DNA of 64,000 nucleotides from Planctomycetota bacterium. GTDB taxonomy: Bacteria > Planctomycetota > JAJSAM01. Shown piece by piece: positions 59,001-64,000 of the stretch; position 1 is the stretch's first letter; each line of letters starts with the position of its first letter. Position numbers and translations under genes: made by a program. The notes under the pieces were generated by a model. It was not told the origin of the DNA and did not search any database. It worked only from the letters and a program-made list of their open reading frames with translations. The stretch covers positions 85,613 through 149,612 of the forward strand of contig JAJSAM010000035.1 of NCBI GenBank assembly GCA_024274785.1, read 5' to 3'.

Positions 59001-59565
59001 CCCCGCAGAGCGCTCCGAGATCGACCACCTTCCGGCTCTTCCCTCCCAGGTGCAGGAAGAACGCCTCCAACTCCCTTGCCCCTCGTTCGTTCATCTCGAT
59101 GGTGCGCAACAGGCGAACCGCCTCGTGTGGCCCCATCGTCCCGCCCCGGTCGTCGGCGAGGGTGGCGAGGGCGCTTCGGCGTGCGACCAGTGCGGGGATG
59201 GTCGCACCGATCAACTCCAGCCTCTTTGCGGCTTCCGCCGGTGAGTAGAGCTCCTCTTCCAGGAGGAAGGCCACGCGGGCCAGGTTCGCCGGATCGCGCA
59301 CCTGCACCTGTTTCGCCCGGAGCAGATCGAGCGCCAGTCTCGCATCTCCGAGATTCCGAGCCTGCTCGATCAGGAATCTGCTCGCCATCGACGGATCCGT
59401 CGCACTCCCCTCCGACGACGGCTCGCTCGGAATGAAGGGTTCGGATCCCGCGGCGGGCAGCGAACTCAGGATCTGCCCGGGGGGCTCGTAGCAGACCGCG
59501 ATCAGGGTGAGCGCCGAACTGGCGATGAGCGTGAAGACGATGATGCCGCTCCAGGAAACCGTCAT
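56092..59565 (-). CDS. pelB: Pel outer-membrane export/scaffold protein PelB (N-terminal TPR array plus C-terminal beta-barrel), with an in-frame TAG at 57781-57783
   Basis: Two track ORFs (57781..59565 TPR part with signal/TM; 56092..57681 TPR plus C-terminal beta-barrel ending ...LELRFTLRW) share one frame. Read-through: ...LYESLAE*NPEEAKSWTRIGQIASWSNDPYGAIVSFERALAVGG... Confidence 0.8.
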
Positions 59566-61676
59566 GGCCGCCTCACTTCCACCCGGTTCGGTCCGGCCGG
59601 GGGCAGCTCGAGGCGAAACTCGCCGTTCTCATCGGCGGCGACTTCCTGCTGCACTGAATCGAGGCGGAGGATCAAGGGCCCGTCCGGTGGGAAGCCGGCA
59701 AAGACGATCAGTCGAGGGGCGAGGGAGGTGGAGGTCACCGCCACACCGGTCGCATCGCGCGAGGCTTTCGTGAGAACGTGGTTCGCCTCGAGGACATGCG
59801 GCGCCGGCGTGGCCTTTTTCACGAGCGTCACCTCCGCATCCGGCTTTGCCAGGTGAAGGTGAAGCGATCCCTGAAGGACGCGCGCGCCGAGGATCCCCGG
59901 GCTGCGGCTCCAGTCGATTTCTCCGGCGGGATCGTCGAGTCGAACGGTGCGGCAGTCGCCGAAATCGCGGAAGGCCCAACCGTTCGGGGTCCGGAGGATT
60001 CGGGCGGTGCCGAGGGCGGAACGAACCGATCGAATGTAGGTGGAAGCGAAGACCGGGGCGGTCGGCTCCGACTTGCCCCAGCGATCGAGCAGCCGCCGGA
60101 AGACCCGGATCCGCCCGCGTCGCTCCACGCTGAAGAGGTGGACGTAGACGTTTGCGGGTTTGAGGATCTTCCCGCGTCCGGTCCGCTCGATGGTGGTGTC
60201 CACGTGGCGGAACGAGAGAGGGTTCGTTGTGAAATAGCCATCGTAGACGACTTCGTTCGACGACCCGCAGTAGACCTGCACGTGTCCGTTGACGATCCGG
60301 CCCAGGGGCGGAACGTAGCTGACGGAGTCGTTCAGGGCATCCCACCGATAGATCCCACCGTTCAGATTCAGGAGTCCGAGCCGGTCGGCCTCGGCAATGG
60401 CGTCCACCTGGGGGCACGCATTGCCGCTCCAGAGCATGACCTCACACCGCTTGGTGGGAGGAAGCAGGTAGTCATTGATGAACCGGATGCTGTCCCGCAC
60501 TTCCCCGACCAGGGTCTTGTCGAAGTGCTTCGGACCAGGGAAGACGAAAGTCGCCGAACTCCGCTCCGGCGATTCGCCCACCATTCCCCAGTTCAGCGGG
60601 TGGCGGACCGAGTGGGAAGCGGCTTCGACCCGGGGATGACGGAGCAGGCGGGATGCCGCTTCGATCATCGGGGTGCGGACCGTCGGCTTCAGGTCGTCCG
60701 TGATGGAGTTGGCGATGATGCTGACGGTGAACGGGAGTTCGTACTTCTCTATGATCTCATCGAGGAACACCTCCCCGCAATTGGCGCCGCGCCGGATTGT
60801 GGACAGGCTTTCGAATCCGTCTCCGTCCACGTGGCAGAAGAACATCCGGCGCCCGTTGATGACGCAAGGTTGGGGCGCCGGTACTCCGGTGAGACCGAGT
60901 GCGGTTCGCAGGAAAGCGAACAGGTCGAGGTACAACCGTCGACCGCCTTCCCCGGCTCCCTCGCGATAGACGTAGGGAGCCAGGGCGATCCCCCCCCAGG
61001 GACCGGTCACGATGGGCGTACGTGCACGCCCCGGATCGGCCGAGCTCCGGGTGGAGATCCAGGCGGTGTTTGCGCCAGACTCGATCCAGGGCCCACGGTG
61101 GATGGAATGCCCGGTGGGATCGGCCTCGATGGCGCAGGGAAGTCGGTCTGAGAGAGTCACCTTCACGCCGAGTGGTATGTCGACGTAGGCAGGATCGAAA
61201 CCCAGACCGAAGGAGGCGAGCCAGCGGGCCAGTCGGCCCGTGTTCTCGCGACGGTTGACAAAACGGAGGGGACCCCATTCGCCGAAGTGCACGAAGCGGA
61301 TGCCGCCTTCACGGCGGCGGGCTTCGAGCCAGGGCCACAGCCACTCGACCGGATCATCAGTGTACTCGAATGCAGTGAGTACCGCTCTGAGGTCGGTGAG
61401 CAGGCGTGCGGGAGGAGGTCCATCGCGCACATCGTGGCGTAGGACGACCATACCCAGGTAGTTCAGCGGAAGCTCGTAGAGCTGGTGGACGGGATCCTCG
61501 ATGCCGAGGGATTGGCTGCCTGCGCCGCCGTCATAGAGGGCGAGCACGTGTCGTGCGACGGGCTCCTGACCTTCGCTCCCGGAGCCGGCCGGTGATCGGC
61601 CGACCAGCATTCCGAGAAGAGCGATTGTCAGCAGGAGCACCAGCCGCTTTGCAGCCGGGGTCCTTCCATCCACCAT
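59562..61676 (-). CDS. PelA-like secreted polysaccharide-modifying protein (putative deacetylase-type domain; lacks recognisable GH114 hydrolase domain)
   Basis: 704 aa, signal peptide. Central ...VINGRRMFFCHVDGDGFESL... segment resembling polysaccharide deacetylase/PelA-type folds. First gene of the pel operon (ATGA overlap with pelB). Domain assignment by eye only. Confidence 0.45.
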   Translation of the reverse strand: MVDGRTPAAKRLVLLLTIALLGMLVGRSPAGSGSEGQEPVARHVLALYDGGAGSQSLGIEDPVHQLYELPLNYLGMVVLRHDVRDGPPPARLLTDLRAVLTAFEYTDDPVEWLWPWLEARRREGGIRFVHFGEWGPLRFVNRRENTGRLARWLASFGLGFDPAYVDIPLGVKVTLSDRLPCAIEADPTGHSIHRGPWIESGANTAWISTRSSADPGRARTPIVTGPWGGIALAPYVYREGAGEGGRRLYLDLFAFLRTALGLTGVPAPQPCVINGRRMFFCHVDGDGFESLSTIRRGANCGEVFLDEIIEKYELPFTVSIIANSITDDLKPTVRTPMIEAASRLLRHPRVEAASHSVRHPLNWGMVGESPERSSATFVFPGPKHFDKTLVGEVRDSIRFINDYLLPPTKRCEVMLWSGNACPQVDAIAEADRLGLLNLNGGIYRWDALNDSVSYVPPLGRIVNGHVQVYCGSSNEVVYDGYFTTNPLSFRHVDTTIERTGRGKILKPANVYVHLFSVERRGRIRVFRRLLDRWGKSEPTAPVFASTYIRSVRSALGTARILRTPNGWAFRDFGDCRTVRLDDPAGEIDWSRSPGILGARVLQGSLHLHLAKPDAEVTLVKKATPAPHVLEANHVLTKASRDATGVAVTSTSLAPRLIVFAGFPPDGPLILRLDSVQQEVAADENGEFRLELPPAGPNRVEVRRP

Positions 61677-61761
61677 GTTTCAAAAATCGAACATTCCGGG
61701 CCTGGAACTTGACCCTAAACCGATTTCCTGAAGTGAAATGGGAGGCGCTCCCGGGAGGAAA

Positions 61762-63126
61762 CTACGCGTTTATGGATTTCGACAGGGCCTTCCGGGAATT
61801 GGCCACTCCGGCGAGGATCTCTCTCATGGCCACGGCCAACTTCAGACTGTCGTGTCGGACCAGCGAGGCTTCCGAAGCCACATCCGCCCGTACGATCCTG
61901 GCGCGTGTGAGTTCAGAGAGCCGCTCTCCCGCCCGCTCGATGACCGGAAACTGACCCCGCTTCGAGTAGTACCGCAGCGCATCCGCGGAGAAGTCCGTCA
62001 GCGAGGTGAGGATGAAGTCCAGGCAGTCTCCCCCCAGGTACCCGACCATCTCCCGCACGTGCTCGTAGACCGAGAATCCGCAGGTTTCGCCGGGTTCGGT
62101 CATCACGTTGCAGACGAAAACTTTCGCCGCCCTGCTCGACCGGATCGCCTCCGGGATGCCGCCGATGACCAGATTCGAGATCAAGCTGGTGAAGAGATCT
62201 CCGGGGCCGAGGACGATCAGTTCGGCATCGCCGAGCGCTCGAAGGGCGTCCTCATTCGCCACGGCCGGTGGAGCGCACCACAGGTGCTCGATGCGCCCGT
62301 CCCGATCTGCCGCCTCGTAAACGTCGATCCGGTTCTCACCCTCGATGGTTCTACCGTTTCCGAGACGCGCAAAGAGGGTCGTATCGGTGTCGGTCACGGG
62401 AATGACTTCCCCCTGGATGCTCAGGATCTCTCCGAGCGCTCCGACCGCCGCCGCCATGGACCCGCGCATTTCGGAGAGGGCGGTGAGAATCAGGTTCCCG
62501 AGGTTGTGGCCCTCGAGCTCCTCGCCGCGGACGAACCGGTATTGCATGAGCTGGTTCAGGAGGTGGGGCGCACCGGAAAGTGCGATCAGGCTGCGGCGCA
62601 CGTCGCCGGGCGGGAGAATGCCGAACCGATCCCGCAATCGACCGGTGGAACCTCCATCGTCACTCATGCTTACGATCGAGGAAAGATGCAGCCCGGGTAT
62701 GGTCTTCAGCCCCGAGAGGAGGGTGAAGAGACCCGTACCGCCGCCGAGGCACACCACCCGCGTCGGCTTCTTCAGGACCCGCACCATCTTTTCGACCAGG
62801 ACGCGTGGCTGAACCGGAACGGGCAGCACATCGACATTTCTGAGCTCCGCGGCCTCCATCTGGGTGCGCTGGCGATCTGAATGGGTGAGAACGATCGCCG
62901 GAGGCATCTCGACGGAACGCAGTCCGAAGATTCGTTGCAGAAGGTCCGGCGCGGTCGTGGGGGGAAGGTCGAAGTCGATGAGCACGAGATCGAACGGTCC
63001 CTGCATCAGGAGGTGGAAGGCGGTCAATCCGTCTTCCGCAACCGCGAAAGAAAACCCGAAACGGCTCGTGGACTCCCGGATCAGCGATCGGAGGGCCGCA
63101 TCGGCGGTGCCGAGGAGAATCTTCAT
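61762..63126 (-). CDS. Response-regulator receiver domain fused to YvcK/GlmR (UPF0052, CofD-like) gluconeogenesis-factor domain
   Basis: REC-like N-terminus (DLVLIDFDLP). YvcK signature (VVCLGGGTGLFTLLSGLK...IVSMSDDGGSTGRLR). ATGA overlap with the upstream kinase gene. Confidence 0.8.
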   Translation of the reverse strand: MKILLGTADAALRSLIRESTSRFGFSFAVAEDGLTAFHLLMQGPFDLVLIDFDLPPTTAPDLLQRIFGLRSVEMPPAIVLTHSDRQRTQMEAAELRNVDVLPVPVQPRVLVEKMVRVLKKPTRVVCLGGGTGLFTLLSGLKTIPGLHLSSIVSMSDDGGSTGRLRDRFGILPPGDVRRSLIALSGAPHLLNQLMQYRFVRGEELEGHNLGNLILTALSEMRGSMAAAVGALGEILSIQGEVIPVTDTDTTLFARLGNGRTIEGENRIDVYEAADRDGRIEHLWCAPPAVANEDALRALGDAELIVLGPGDLFTSLISNLVIGGIPEAIRSSRAAKVFVCNVMTEPGETCGFSVYEHVREMVGYLGGDCLDFILTSLTDFSADALRYYSKRGQFPVIERAGERLSELTRARIVRADVASEASLVRHDSLKLAVAMREILAGVANSRKALSKSINA

Positions 63127-63986
63127 TCGAACGACTCGTCCGGAAGCGATGCGAGGTCGTCCAGCAGTTCCCGGGCGTCCCGATGCCGCCCGCTCGGTTT
63201 CTTGGCCAGAAGCCGCATGATGATCCCGTTGAGCTCCTCCCCGAGGGTCGGAACCAGTTCCATCGGCGGCACCGGAGACTCCGTCAGGTGCTTCACCAGG
63301 ATCTCCGCGGGAGTGGAGCCTTCGAACGGCCGCCGCCCGGTGAGCGCGAAGTAGAGCGTCACTCCGAGCGAGTACAGGTCCGCCCGCTCATCGACCACTC
63401 CACCCGAGATCTGCTCCGGGGGGATGTAGAAGGGCGTGCCGGCGATTTCGGAGCGGCCGCTGGACTGCCGGGCTTCGCTCAATTGGAGCGCCAGGCCGAA
63501 GTCGGCGACCTTCACGCGGTTTCGGGAGTCGAGCAGCAGGTTCGAGGGCTTGATGTCACGGTGCACGATGCCGGCGTCATGAGCCTCAGCGAGCGCCGCG
63601 GCCGTCTCGATGGTGATCCGCACCGCTTCTCGTGCGTCGATTTGCCCCTCCCGCTCGATCAGATCCCCCACCGTCTCTCCCTCGACGTACTGCATGACGA
63701 GGTAGTAGAGCCCCCGCTCCTGGCCCACGTCGTGGACCGCCACCACACCGGGATGTTCCAGACAGGCCGCGGAACGGGCTTCCCGAAAGAACTGTTCCAC
63801 GTGCCGGCGCAGGTAGAAGAGCGCCGGATTCAGGATCTTGACCGCAACATCCTTTTGCAGGGCCAGGTGGCGGGCCAGGAAAACGGACCCCACCGCTCCC
63901 CTGCCCAGGCGCGCATCCATCAGGCATCCCGCCAACGTGCTCCCCAGAATCCCCCGCTCGAAGTTGAGCGTCTGCTCCGGTGTCAT
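63123..63986 (-). CDS. Hanks-type Ser/Thr protein kinase (kinase domain only, 287 aa)
   Basis: GRGAVGSVFLARH...VAVK (G-loop/VAIK), HRDIKPSNLLL, DFGLA, GTPFYIPPE motifs. Start ATG at 63984-63986 near window end. Confidence 0.8.
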   Translation of the reverse strand: MTPEQTLNFERGILGSTLAGCLMDARLGRGAVGSVFLARHLALQKDVAVKILNPALFYLRRHVEQFFREARSAACLEHPGVVAVHDVGQERGLYYLVMQYVEGETVGDLIEREGQIDAREAVRITIETAAALAEAHDAGIVHRDIKPSNLLLDSRNRVKVADFGLALQLSEARQSSGRSEIAGTPFYIPPEQISGGVVDERADLYSLGVTLYFALTGRRPFEGSTPAEILVKHLTESPVPPMELVPTLGEELNGIIMRLLAKKPSGRHRDARELLDDLASLPDESFE

Positions 63987-64000
63987 GCAGGGAGGGGGCA

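Overview
High-GC (about 65-70%) bacterial chromosomal segment with about 50 supportable genes, no rRNA/tRNA/CRISPR detected by eye. Many of the very long six-frame ORFs are antisense or off-frame artefacts of GC-rich DNA. Left part: an AmmeMemoRadiSam operon (radical SAM enzyme, then a fused Memo-like/AMMECR1 lipoprotein, then a PABS-family aminopropyltransferase-like gene that runs off the window start and was found by translating the reverse complement; it is not in the ORF track). Then a Cho/UvrC-like GIY-YIG nuclease with an odd N-terminal domain, an RmlC-like cupin, an aldo/keto reductase, a sigma54-dependent PAS/AAA+ activator, a frameshifted peptidylarginine/agmatine-deiminase-family gene, a class-I glutamine amidotransferase translationally coupled to a cNMP-binding/FHA protein, an ECF sigma/anti-sigma operon, ettA, an M50-like membrane protease, a DUF4388/TPR protein, a frameshifted thioredoxin-fold gene, a PAS/PP2C phosphatase, a 1727-aa exonuclease/RecQ/UvrD three-module helicase, two SPFH (band-7) proteins and a LOR/tubby-like protein. 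Centre: a roughly 4-kb lower-GC (about 55%) island (32.5-36.8 kb) encoding a divergent cysteine-containing ECF-like sigma factor whose 3' end carries a C12 homopolymer, a secreted cysteine-rich 150-aa protein, an 824-aa N-terminally anchored protein built of carboxypeptidase-regulatory-like beta-sandwich repeats, and a MauE/DoxX membrane protein. Right part: porGDAB 2-oxoacid:ferredoxin oxidoreductase, a CocE/NonD hydrolase, a TetR/OMF/MFP/RND efflux operon, a GH114-like lipoprotein, and a Pel exopolysaccharide locus (pelA-like, pelB, pelD, pelE, pelF, pelG; no pelC) in which pelB and pelF each carry one in-frame TAG. The Pel locus is immediately preceded by a Hanks kinase and a REC/YvcK(CofD-like) fusion. 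A roughly 100-bp repeat family occurs four times in intergenic positions.
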